DNA from: Spirochaetia bacterium
Lineage (GTDB): Bacteria; Spirochaetota; Spirochaetia; CAKZLE01
Reading direction: 5' to 3'
DNA: 64,000 nucleotides
Assembly (NCBI GenBank): GCA_963677595.1
Contig: OY782041.1
Location: forward strand, 1,696,001-1,760,000
Of the stretch, positions 9,867 to 18,930 are shown piece by piece. The notes under the pieces are model-generated. The model did no database searches. It worked only from the letters and a program-made list of their open reading frames with translations, and was not told the DNA's origin. How positions within the stretch are numbered: the stretch's first letter is position 1; the number at the start of each line of letters is the position of its first letter. The position numbers were made by a program, and so were the translations under genes.

Positions 9867-11312
9867 ATGAAGATAGATTTTGAGTATGGGCCCGGGATGA
9901 TGAGCGCTGAGCTCCCCGATGACAGGACAGATATATTCATTCCCGGTGAGACTGTGGCTGATCCGCCAAAACTTACCGACCCGGTTTCCGCTACCCGGGA
10001 AGCAATCCTGAACCCCTTGGGCCTAGTCCCGTTACATGAGCAGGCCAAACCGGGGGATAAGGTGGTGATCGTGTTTCCCGACAGGGTTAAGGGGGGCTCG
10101 CATCCTACCGCTCACCGAAGGATCAGCATTCCTATCGTGCTTGAAGAACTCTATAAGGCAGGTGTTGACAAGAAAGATATCGTCTTTATCTGCTCGAATG
10201 GACTCCACCGGAAGAACAAGCCGCATGAGATCCGTCAGATAATCGGCCCCGATATCTATGATGAGTTCATAACCCTGAACAATATCATGAACCATGATTC
10301 AGAGGACTGGGACAACCTGGTTGACCTCGGCTATGACGATGACAACAACCATGTGATTATGAACAAACTTGTATATGATTCCGATATAGCGGTCCTGCTC
10401 GGTCATGCCCTCGGAAACCCCTATGGAGGCTATTCAGGCGGCTATAAACATTGCTCTACCGGTATCGTGCATTGGAAGACCATCGCTACCAACCACAACC
10501 CGAAAGTCATGCATGCCCCTGACTTTACTCCGGTCACTTCACACAGCACCATGCGTAATAAGTTCAACCATATCGGCCAGCATATGGAACTTAAAATGGG
10601 GAAGAATTTCTTCACCATCGATGCGGCATTGGACAGTGTCGGGGACCAGATCGGTGTCTGGGCAGGTGACACGAACCTCGTCATGGCTGAGTCATGGAAA
10701 GTTGCCAACAAGCGGACCTATGTGCCCTGGGCTGAAAAGAAGTATGACATCATGGTCTTCGGCATGCCCCAGTTCTTCCATTACGGCGACGGCCATGGTA
10801 CCAACCCGATCCTTATCCTTCAGGCAATCAGTGCTCAGGTTATCAGGCATAAGCGGATCCTGAAGGATAATGCCGTGATCATAGCCAGCTCCCTCTGCAA
10901 CGGCTATTTTCATGATGAGGAATTCGGCGGTTCCTATCGTGCTCTCTATGATGCATTTCAGCGGGAGGGGAACTGCAGGCTTCCTGATGTGGAACGGTAC
11001 GACGGTTGGCATTGCTCGAATCCCGAGTACATCAGGGAGTACCGATATAACTATGCATTCCACCCTTACCATGCCTTCTCCATGGTGAGTTGTGGCCATA
11101 TCGCGCATAAGCACTGCTCACAGATCTACCTGGTGGGAGCCCAAGCCCCGGGCTACGCCCGCGGCATGGAGATGAAACCGATAGCCACGTTTGCAGAAGC
11201 ATTGAAGGATGCAGAGAAGTATGTGGGAGCAGAACCCAATATCCTGGCTCTCCCTAAGACCTTTAAGACTGCAGGGGTGCACCTGATGATGAAAGGTGAG
11301 AGCTATCCATAG
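9867..11312 (+). CDS. LarA (lactate racemase)-superfamily protein, probable sugar-acid epimerase/racemase
   Basis: VVIVFPDR, NGLHRK, NHD and GYSGGYK motifs characteristic of the LarA N-terminal domain. Confidence 0.78.
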   Translation: MKIDFEYGPGMMSAELPDDRTDIFIPGETVADPPKLTDPVSATREAILNPLGLVPLHEQAKPGDKVVIVFPDRVKGGSHPTAHRRISIPIVLEELYKAGVDKKDIVFICSNGLHRKNKPHEIRQIIGPDIYDEFITLNNIMNHDSEDWDNLVDLGYDDDNNHVIMNKLVYDSDIAVLLGHALGNPYGGYSGGYKHCSTGIVHWKTIATNHNPKVMHAPDFTPVTSHSTMRNKFNHIGQHMELKMGKNFFTIDAALDSVGDQIGVWAGDTNLVMAESWKVANKRTYVPWAEKKYDIMVFGMPQFFHYGDGHGTNPILILQAISAQVIRHKRILKDNAVIIASSLCNGYFHDEEFGGSYRALYDAFQREGNCRLPDVERYDGWHCSNPEYIREYRYNYAFHPYHAFSMVSCGHIAHKHCSQIYLVGAQAPGYARGMEMKPIATFAEALKDAEKYVGAEPNILALPKTFKTAGVHLMMKGESYP

Positions 11313-11332
11313 GTAAAAAAATAGTTTACCAG

Positions 11333-12553
11333 TTATTTCCCAAGCAGCTGCTTCAACGGATGTATGATAGCATCATTCTCGAACATGGTATCTAAGACCA
11401 GTGTTGCAGACCCTATGGCACTGGAGTATTCTCCCAGCTCGGAGAGAACGAATTTCGTAGGTGTCCCGAATCCCTGTTCATGGTATGACTGCAGGTGGTG
11501 CAGGATGATCTCCGGGATCTCCCTAACGACTCCGCCGTTCAGGAAGATGGTGCCGGGGTTGAGCATCTGGGATACGATACTCGTGATCTTCCCGATATTC
11601 TGGCACATCTGTGACACGAGTGTCCCCGCATACCGGTCGCCCGATTTGACTGCCTGGAAAATAGGGGTAGCATCAACCAGTTTGCGTGCAGGATCAGTGT
11701 CAGCCAGATTGATATCGGAGATCACTCCCTGCTGCAGGTCGATCTCAGCCTGTCTCCTGAGCGCCCAGCTGGCTGCATAGGTCTCAAGGCAGCCAAGTTT
11801 CCCACAGATGCAGATCTTGTTCTCATCTGCCACCTTTATATGTCCTATCTCGGTTGCGAAGCCGTTCTCACCCCAGAACACATTTCCGTTAAGGACGAAT
11901 CCGCCGCTTATACCAGCCCCGATATTCAATGCGAAGAATGTTCCCTGTTCCTGGCCTTCCCCGTACCGCAGTTCCGCGAGGGCAGAGGTCCTTGCACTGT
12001 CCTCCATGGAGATGAAACAGGTTGTCGGGATTGAGATGTATCGCGTGATCAATTGGGCTATGGAGGCATCATTCCAGGAAGTGTAGAACGGCATCTTGAT
12101 ACAGGTCATCGTCGAAGTATCAAGGAACCCGGAGATAGCCAGTCCAAGACCGACTATCCTCTTCTTCTCGAGTGCATGCTCTGCGAACATCCTGTCCAGG
12201 ACCTTCCCGATGACTTCGAACGTATATTCCGGTCCCTTGCTGAGCGTCGAGGGGAAAATCTCTTTCGCCTTCAGCTTGCCGTTTATATCAAGGATGACGA
12301 TACGGATCGACCAGCCCCCGATATCAATACCCACGGTATAGATAAGATCATCCTTGATCGTGAGGGTGTTGGGTTTCCTCCCGACAGCTGATGTCTTGGA
12401 CTGTTTTGTTGACAGGACACCCATCTGGTTGAGCTCGGAGATGTAATTATTGACTGAAGACAGGGAGAGGGCTGTTTGGTTGATCAGCTCTTGTTTGGTG
12501 ATTTGGTTATTTCTGCGTATAGCATCGATCAGGTTTATAACGGTTCTGTTCAT
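11333..12553 (-). CDS. ROK-family transcriptional regulator
   Basis: N-terminal wHTH with GRKP, GIDIGG, EIGH..CICGKLGCLETYAA. Confidence 0.92.
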   Translation of the reverse strand: MNRTVINLIDAIRRNNQITKQELINQTALSLSSVNNYISELNQMGVLSTKQSKTSAVGRKPNTLTIKDDLIYTVGIDIGGWSIRIVILDINGKLKAKEIFPSTLSKGPEYTFEVIGKVLDRMFAEHALEKKRIVGLGLAISGFLDTSTMTCIKMPFYTSWNDASIAQLITRYISIPTTCFISMEDSARTSALAELRYGEGQEQGTFFALNIGAGISGGFVLNGNVFWGENGFATEIGHIKVADENKICICGKLGCLETYAASWALRRQAEIDLQQGVISDINLADTDPARKLVDATPIFQAVKSGDRYAGTLVSQMCQNIGKITSIVSQMLNPGTIFLNGGVVREIPEIILHHLQSYHEQGFGTPTKFVLSELGEYSSAIGSATLVLDTMFENDAIIHPLKQLLGK

Positions 12554-12752
12554 ACTGCTATTTTATACAATTTTACACTAAATGACAAGCTAAATATTTC
12601 ATCAATACAGCATATATATTAATAAATAGTATTAATACTGATATAATTTCCTAAATTAAGATTAGTTTCGATTATAAATAGAACAAAAACTGTTGACAGA
12701 TGGATATTTCCATCATAATATAAGTTAAATTTAATAGTAAAGGAGTGTTTTT

Positions 12753-14108
12753 ATGGAGAACGAAAACATTGTTTACGATGATCGTATGGGTGGGACGATC
12801 AGCAAGAAGCAGATCGATACTATTCTCAATAATCATTATATGCATGCTGATGTCCAGAAGGGGCCGTTCCTCGTAGAGGGGAAGGGGGCAGAGATCACAG
12901 ATATCAATGGGAAGACCATGATCGACTGCCAGGCCCAGGCCTGGGCACTGAATGCCGGGCATGGGAATATGGAGATCCTTGATGCAGCATATACCCAGGG
13001 GAAGATGCTTGCCCATTGCAGGCCGATCCATGACACGTTCCCGAGGACACGACTTATTGAGAAGCTGGTAGAGATAGCCCCGGGCGACCTCAAGAAAGTA
13101 GGTCTCTCATTGAGCGGTTCATCCGCTTCGGAATCTGCCCTGAAGCTTGCCATGGTGAACAGGCCGGATGCAATGAACTTCATCACGCTCTACAATGCAT
13201 GGCATGGGAACTCCCTTGCAACGATAGCCGCATCGTTTTCCCCAACACAATCAAAGCATCATAATTTCGGCTTCGGCTTGAAGTTCAAGCCTTTCCTGAA
13301 TTCTTTCCTGCGTGTTCCCAATCCTTACTGTTATCGGTGCCCATTCGGTGAAAGTTATCCGAACTGTAAGTTGACCTGTGCGAAAGTACTGGAACTGACC
13401 ATCGAGAAAGGTGCAAGCGGCCCGGTTGCTGCAGTGTACCTGGAACCGCTCCAGGGTGTTGCCGGTCAGATCCCATGTCCACCTGAATACCTGAAAGAAG
13501 TCAGGCGGATCTGTGACAAATATGATGTCCTCCTGATGTTCGATGAAGTCCAGACAGGGTTCGGCAGGATGGGGACCATGTTCGCCGCAGATTATTACGG
13601 GGTGTATCCAGACGTCATTTCCATGGCAAAAGGTATGGGGAACGGATGGCCTGTAGGCGGGATTCTTGCGAGCACGAAGCTGAAAAGCTTTGACTCCGAT
13701 GGAGAGGACGCATACACCTGCATGAACAATGCAATGATCCATGCAGCAGTATACACAAGCATCAAGTATATCCAGGAAAACGACCTGTGCGGCAATGCCA
13801 GGGTCATGGGTGATTATATGTCCCAACGGTTGAAGAGCCTGCAGGGGAAATACCCCCAGATCGGGGACGTGCGGGGGCCGGGGCTCCATATCGGGGTTGA
13901 GTTTGTCACTGACCCCGAGACGAAGGAACCTGGCGATGAGATCACGATGTCTGTTTACAGGAAGGCCATAGAGAAGGGCGTCTTTTTCGGGTTGGCCGGT
14001 GCGATCGGGAATGTACTGAAGATCAAGCCGCCGCTGAACATCACTAAGGATCAGGCTGACTTGATACTCAATGTCTTTGAAGACTGTGTCAGAGAATCAG
14101 TAAAGTAG
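12753..14108 (+). CDS. Class III PLP-dependent aminotransferase
   Basis: EPLQGVAG, FDEVQTGFGRMG, PDVISMAKG (PLP Lys), GDVRGPGL. Confidence 0.9.
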   Translation: MENENIVYDDRMGGTISKKQIDTILNNHYMHADVQKGPFLVEGKGAEITDINGKTMIDCQAQAWALNAGHGNMEILDAAYTQGKMLAHCRPIHDTFPRTRLIEKLVEIAPGDLKKVGLSLSGSSASESALKLAMVNRPDAMNFITLYNAWHGNSLATIAASFSPTQSKHHNFGFGLKFKPFLNSFLRVPNPYCYRCPFGESYPNCKLTCAKVLELTIEKGASGPVAAVYLEPLQGVAGQIPCPPEYLKEVRRICDKYDVLLMFDEVQTGFGRMGTMFAADYYGVYPDVISMAKGMGNGWPVGGILASTKLKSFDSDGEDAYTCMNNAMIHAAVYTSIKYIQENDLCGNARVMGDYMSQRLKSLQGKYPQIGDVRGPGLHIGVEFVTDPETKEPGDEITMSVYRKAIEKGVFFGLAGAIGNVLKIKPPLNITKDQADLILNVFEDCVRESVK

Positions 14109-14130
14109 ACGGTCTTTTCTCAGGAAACTG

Positions 14131-14156
14131 CAGGTGATTCTGGTTTGAATCACCTG
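14131..14156 (+). terminator. Intergenic stem-loop
   Basis: Perfect 10-bp stem CAGGTGATTC/GAATCACCTG with a 6-nt loop. Confidence 0.5.
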
Positions 14157-14210
14157 TAAGGAATATTATAATAACAATCAGGTACTTTGGCCTGAACAGG
14201 GAGGTTTGTT

Positions 14211-15593
14211 ATGAAGAAGGGTACAGTAATAGCGCTATTACTGTTAGCAATGGTTATGCCTCTGGTTGCTAATGGACAAAAAGAACCCGCAGCTGCAGCT
14301 GATCCGACCAAGCCCTATGCAGGGACTACTATCAAGGTGATCGCGGAGATGCATAATCCTACGATGGCAATGGAAGCCCAGCTTGAGAATTTCAAGGCAT
14401 TAACGGGCATCACGGTCGAGTTGGAATACGGTCCGATGAATTCCGTGGTCCAGAAGGAGATGCTTGCCCTGCAGAGCGGGACTGGGGAGTACGATGTGGT
14501 TTCGGCGCCATTTCAATTCATCGGCAGTTTCGTCGAGAACGGGTACCTGAAGAGCATAGACGGGATGATGGATGATAAGAGCCTTGCCCTTGCTGACTTC
14601 GACGCATCGAATATGGTAAAGGGCATGTGGGATGTAGCGGCGAACTGGAAAGGGTCGTACTATGGAGTCCCCTCCAATACCTGTATCCAGATCCTTGCCT
14701 ACCGGAAGGATCTGTTCGAGAATCCCAGTGAGAAAGCAGCGTTCAAGGCACATTACGGCTATGAGCTCGATGTCCCGACAGACTGGGATACCTATTATGA
14801 TATCGCGGAGTTCTTTACCCGGGGAAAAGGGGAGATGCTGGCTGGCCAGAAGCTGGATAGTGATTTCTACGGCATCACCTTCTCTGGAAAGCGTCATGAT
14901 GCAGCAGTCTGTGATTGGCAGAGTATCGCATGGTCCTTCGGCGGCGGGACCTTCGGTGACGATGGTAACCTGATCATCAATAATGCTGACAATATCGAGG
15001 CACTGGATTATATCCTCTCCTTGCGGGAGTTCGCACCTCCAGGGATCAGTAACAACACCTGGGATGAGAAAACTACCCAGTTCCAGCAGGGACTGGTTGC
15101 CATGACGATCATCTTCAATGACTGTGCTCCTTCTATAGAGGATCCGGAAAATTCAGTCTCAGCCGGGAAGATGGGCTATGCAGTGGTACCGATAAAGAAC
15201 AGGAACATCGGTGGTAACTATGGTGCATGGGCGTTCTATATCCCTGAAAGCTCAAAGAACCAGGAAGCTGCATGGCAGTTCCTCCAGTGGGTCAGTACCC
15301 CAACGGTACAGAGAAATATCGTGATCAACGGCGGTGGGTTCCCAAGTCTCCAGTCACTGTATGAAGACCAGGACCTTGCAGCCCAGCTGCCGTATTGGGA
15401 AGGTTCCTATGGGGCTTACCAGATCTGTTCGGCAAAACCGAGGATTCCGGAATGGAACTCGATCAACAATGTGATCATGCTCCAGCTCTCCAGGGCATAT
15501 AATGATGAGGTCTCCGCAAAGCAGGCCTTGGATGACGCTGCCGCTGAGATCAACAAGATCATGGGAAGCAACTTGCCCGTCTCCTACAAATAA
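14211..15593 (+). CDS. Carbohydrate ABC transporter substrate-binding protein
   Basis: Leader ending VANGQKE, LAYRKDLFE, SSKNQEAAWQFLQW, PRIPEW. Confidence 0.88.
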   Translation: MKKGTVIALLLLAMVMPLVANGQKEPAAAADPTKPYAGTTIKVIAEMHNPTMAMEAQLENFKALTGITVELEYGPMNSVVQKEMLALQSGTGEYDVVSAPFQFIGSFVENGYLKSIDGMMDDKSLALADFDASNMVKGMWDVAANWKGSYYGVPSNTCIQILAYRKDLFENPSEKAAFKAHYGYELDVPTDWDTYYDIAEFFTRGKGEMLAGQKLDSDFYGITFSGKRHDAAVCDWQSIAWSFGGGTFGDDGNLIINNADNIEALDYILSLREFAPPGISNNTWDEKTTQFQQGLVAMTIIFNDCAPSIEDPENSVSAGKMGYAVVPIKNRNIGGNYGAWAFYIPESSKNQEAAWQFLQWVSTPTVQRNIVINGGGFPSLQSLYEDQDLAAQLPYWEGSYGAYQICSAKPRIPEWNSINNVIMLQLSRAYNDEVSAKQALDDAAAEINKIMGSNLPVSYK

Positions 15594-15608
15594 CTGCACA
15601 TAGTTTCT

Positions 15609-15629
15609 GGGGGCTCAACAAGAGCCCCC
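15609..15629 (+). terminator. Stem-loop after the SBP gene
   Basis: GGGGGCTC-AACAA-GAGCCCCC. Confidence 0.5.
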
Positions 15630-15659
15630 GGTCATTGACCGAAAGAGTGAGGGGAAGAT

Positions 15660-16556
15660 ATGAAACACAAGAAGATTATGAAGGAGAATACGGTTGCGCT
15701 GCTCTTCCATCTGCCGTCGATCGTTGTCCTCTTCCTGATCACATTTATCCCGCTGATGTACAATATCGTACAGAGCCTGTTTGACTATCGATTGTCGACT
15801 CCCGGCAGCGCACATGTATTCATCGGGTTGGGGAACTATAAAGAGCTGTTGACGGATTCGGCTTTCTGGCAGTCTCTCTGGCTGACCCTGATCTTTGTCG
15901 TTGTCGTGACACTCATTCAATTGATCCTTGGTGCGTTCATCGCTATCCTCCTGGACAAGATAACGTATGGAAGGAAGATCCTGACGGCATGCTGGCTGAT
16001 ACCGATGACCGTTGCGCCACTGGTTGTCGGGTTGATGTTCAGCTTCATCCTGAACCCGCAATTCGGGTTATATAAGTTCGTCCTTGACCTGGTGAACTCA
16101 GGACTTTCGAGAGCCCCCTTGAGCTCGTCCCTCTCAGCATTCATAGCGTTGGTAATCACTGATGTCTGGGAATGGACCCCGTATATGATCCTTATGATCT
16201 ATGCAGGATTGAAGACATTGCCTCTTGAACCCTACGAGGCCGCTGATATCGATGGAGCTACCGGGCTGCAGAAGCTGGTATTCATCACGTGGCCGTTGAT
16301 GAAGCATATCGTGATGGTCTCAGTGATCCTGCGTGGGGTAGAGGCTATAAAGGTCTTCGATAAACCGTACCTGCTCACAGGCGGGGGGCCGGGAGCCGCG
16401 ACAGAAGTCGTGGACCTGTATACCTACCGGCAGGCGTTTGTGAACTTCAATTTCAGTTATGCATCCGCATTATGTTTCATACTCTTCATTATTCTTCTGG
16501 CTATAGGAATATTCTACTGGTTCGCATTCATGAAAGGAGATGGGAATGATTACTAA
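15660..16556 (+). CDS. Carbohydrate ABC transporter permease
   Basis: DVWEWTP, YEAADIDGA, LTGGGPG. Confidence 0.9.
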   Translation: MKHKKIMKENTVALLFHLPSIVVLFLITFIPLMYNIVQSLFDYRLSTPGSAHVFIGLGNYKELLTDSAFWQSLWLTLIFVVVVTLIQLILGAFIAILLDKITYGRKILTACWLIPMTVAPLVVGLMFSFILNPQFGLYKFVLDLVNSGLSRAPLSSSLSAFIALVITDVWEWTPYMILMIYAGLKTLPLEPYEAADIDGATGLQKLVFITWPLMKHIVMVSVILRGVEAIKVFDKPYLLTGGGPGAATEVVDLYTYRQAFVNFNFSYASALCFILFIILLAIGIFYWFAFMKGDGNDY

Positions 16557-17370
16557 GAAGAATCTTGGTATGGCTGCAGCCTATACCGTATTGATACTGT
16601 TTTTACTGGCGTTCCTGATTCCTTATTTCTGGATGATACTGACCTCATTCAAGACCCGGCTGGATATTTTCGCCATGCCGCCGAAAGTGAGGTTCTCGCC
16701 AACGTTCGAGAATTACAGGGTGGCCTTCATCGATAAGAAGTTCATCCTGAATCTCCGGAACAGCGTGATCGTGACCTGTATGTCAGTCGGGCTGGCGCTC
16801 CTTATAGGGCTGCCTTCCTCATATGCATTCTCAAGGTTCAGGGTGAAAGGGGACAAGATACTATTCTTCTACCTGCTCGGGACACGATTCACCCCTGTAA
16901 TAGTCCTTGCCCTTCCATTGTACTTCATCATGAACAAGGTAGGACTCCTGAACTCCTTTGTTGGGATCATCATCTCTCATACTGCCTTCAATATAGTATT
17001 TGTTGTCTGGATGATGAAGAGCTTCTTCGACTCGATCCCGAAGCAGATCGATGAGGCAGCAATCGTCGACGGCTGCAGCTGGTTCTCGGTCTTCATGAGG
17101 ATAGGGCTGCCGCTGACGAAGAACGGTATCGCAGCAACGGCAGTATTCTGCGCTATCTACTCCTGGAATGAGTTCCTCATGGCTTTGATCCTTACAGGGG
17201 GGAATACGGCGACACTCCCGGTAGCAATACCCAGGCTGCTGACGCCCCAGGGAACTGCATGGGGCCAACTCACGGCAGTAGGTACAGTCGTCACGATACC
17301 GGTGATCATTTTTGCTTTCCTCGTACAGAAATACATGGTACGGGGAATGTCTTCAGGCTCAATCAAATAG
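16546..17370 (+). CDS. Carbohydrate ABC transporter permease
   Basis: DEAAIVDG, SWNEF, C-terminal RGMSSGSIK. Confidence 0.9.
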   Translation: MITKKNLGMAAAYTVLILFLLAFLIPYFWMILTSFKTRLDIFAMPPKVRFSPTFENYRVAFIDKKFILNLRNSVIVTCMSVGLALLIGLPSSYAFSRFRVKGDKILFFYLLGTRFTPVIVLALPLYFIMNKVGLLNSFVGIIISHTAFNIVFVVWMMKSFFDSIPKQIDEAAIVDGCSWFSVFMRIGLPLTKNGIAATAVFCAIYSWNEFLMALILTGGNTATLPVAIPRLLTPQGTAWGQLTAVGTVVTIPVIIFAFLVQKYMVRGMSSGSIK

Positions 17371-17378
17371 GATAGAAC

Positions 17379-18641
17379 ATGGTTTCTCAAAGAATACAAC
17401 AGATGCAGTCATCCCCAATACGGTATCTGAACAAGATATCAGAGACGGTACAAGCTAAAGGGGTTACCGTCTATCATGTGAATATCGGGCAGCCGGATAT
17501 AGAGACCCCGGCTATCCTGATGGATGAGATCCGGAACATGGAAGTGTCCGTGCTGGCCTACAGCCCTTCATCTGGGCTCGCCAGGACAAAGGACGCGTTC
17601 TCTGCATATTATCGGTCACGTGGGTATGCCGTGGATCCAGAACATGTGTACATGACGAATGCGGGAAGCGAAGCGATCCTGTTCGCTCTGCTGGCAGCAG
17701 CAGATAGTGGAGATTCCATCTTAGTACCCGAACCCTTCTACACAAACTACAGGAGTCTGGCTGAAGTCGCAGGTGTACATATCAAACCTGTTACCACTTC
17801 ATTGGCTGATAACTTCCGACTGCCTCCATATGAAGAACTTGCCCGGATGGTAGACAGCAGGGTCAAAGCCGTGCTTTTCTCAAATCCGGGGAATCCCACA
17901 GGCAAAGTGTATGATTCAGAGGACATGGAGAAGCTCAGAAGGCTATCTGAGGAATTTGGGATCTACCTCATAGCAGATGAGGTATACAGCGAGATCTATT
18001 ATGAAGGGGTCTCCTTCGTTAGCGCATTGGACCTGGATGATGTCAGTGATCATGTGATCATGGTAGACAGTATCTCCAAGCGGTACAGCGCCTGCGGTGC
18101 CAGGATTGGATGCATCGTTTCCAGGAGCAAGACCATCATTGAACATATCGAGAAACTCGGTCAGATGAGACTGTGTCCTCCAACCATAGAGCAGGTTGGT
18201 GCAGCAGCGTTATCGAGACTTCCAAGGGAATATTACGCATCAATCAGGGAGAGATATGAACGAAGACGTGATGTAGTCTGTGAAGGACTTAGGGTGATTC
18301 CTGGTATAGCTTTCCATATACCGGAAGGTGCATTCTACACCCTGATCGAACTGCCGGTAGAGAATGCCAAGAAGTTCTGTGAATTCCTGATTGGCGAGTT
18401 CTCGTTCGATGATGAGACAGTACTGCTGGCACCCGCTGAAGGGTTCTATATGACACCGGGATTGGGTGTCAGGGAAGTGAGGATGGCATTCGTCTTAGAG
18501 GAAGATAAACTGAGAAGAACCATAGAACTGTTGGGTAAAGGCTTGCAGGAGTATACGAGGTTACATCAGAATGAGATCATCAACATGCCCCCCATGCCGC
18601 TGGACCTTGTGATCGAGCAGAGCACGTATAACTGGGTATAA
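17379..18641 (+). CDS. Class I/II PLP-dependent aminotransferase (AspAT-like)
   Basis: NIGQPD, SNPGNPTG, ADEVY, DSISKRYSACGARIG. Confidence 0.9.
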   Translation: MVSQRIQQMQSSPIRYLNKISETVQAKGVTVYHVNIGQPDIETPAILMDEIRNMEVSVLAYSPSSGLARTKDAFSAYYRSRGYAVDPEHVYMTNAGSEAILFALLAAADSGDSILVPEPFYTNYRSLAEVAGVHIKPVTTSLADNFRLPPYEELARMVDSRVKAVLFSNPGNPTGKVYDSEDMEKLRRLSEEFGIYLIADEVYSEIYYEGVSFVSALDLDDVSDHVIMVDSISKRYSACGARIGCIVSRSKTIIEHIEKLGQMRLCPPTIEQVGAAALSRLPREYYASIRERYERRRDVVCEGLRVIPGIAFHIPEGAFYTLIELPVENAKKFCEFLIGEFSFDDETVLLAPAEGFYMTPGLGVREVRMAFVLEEDKLRRTIELLGKGLQEYTRLHQNEIINMPPMPLDLVIEQSTYNWV

Positions 18642-18709
18642 GCATGAATCATGAGATGATCAGTCCCATTACGTCAAAAGCACTCAGTTGATTCTTCGCA
18701 AAATACTGA

Positions 18710-18766
18710 ACCGACCCAGTCACCGACCCAGTCGACCCAGTCACCGACCCAGTCACCGACCCAGTC
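18710..18766 (+). repeat. Tandem repeat (ACCGACCCAGTC)x4 with one internal 9-bp unit
   Basis: Units at 18710, 18722, 18734 (GACCCAGTC), 18743 and 18755. Reads TDPVTDPVDPVTDPVTDPV but lies outside any intact ORF. Confidence 0.92.
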
Positions 18767-18930
18767 GGGGGAAATTCATACCGTGATACGGTAAATACAT
18801 CTTACCACCTACAGATCTTCAAGATCTGAACATAAATATCGTCTCCAGATAGTCCGCAGAGGGTTTCACTCTCTTGAGGTTATCGTGTTTCTATGCGAAA
18901 GTACATTATACCTACAACTTGGAGATAAAG

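Noticed and set aside
18710-18766. CRISPR array
   Set aside because: Contiguous 12-bp units with no spacers and no cas genes.
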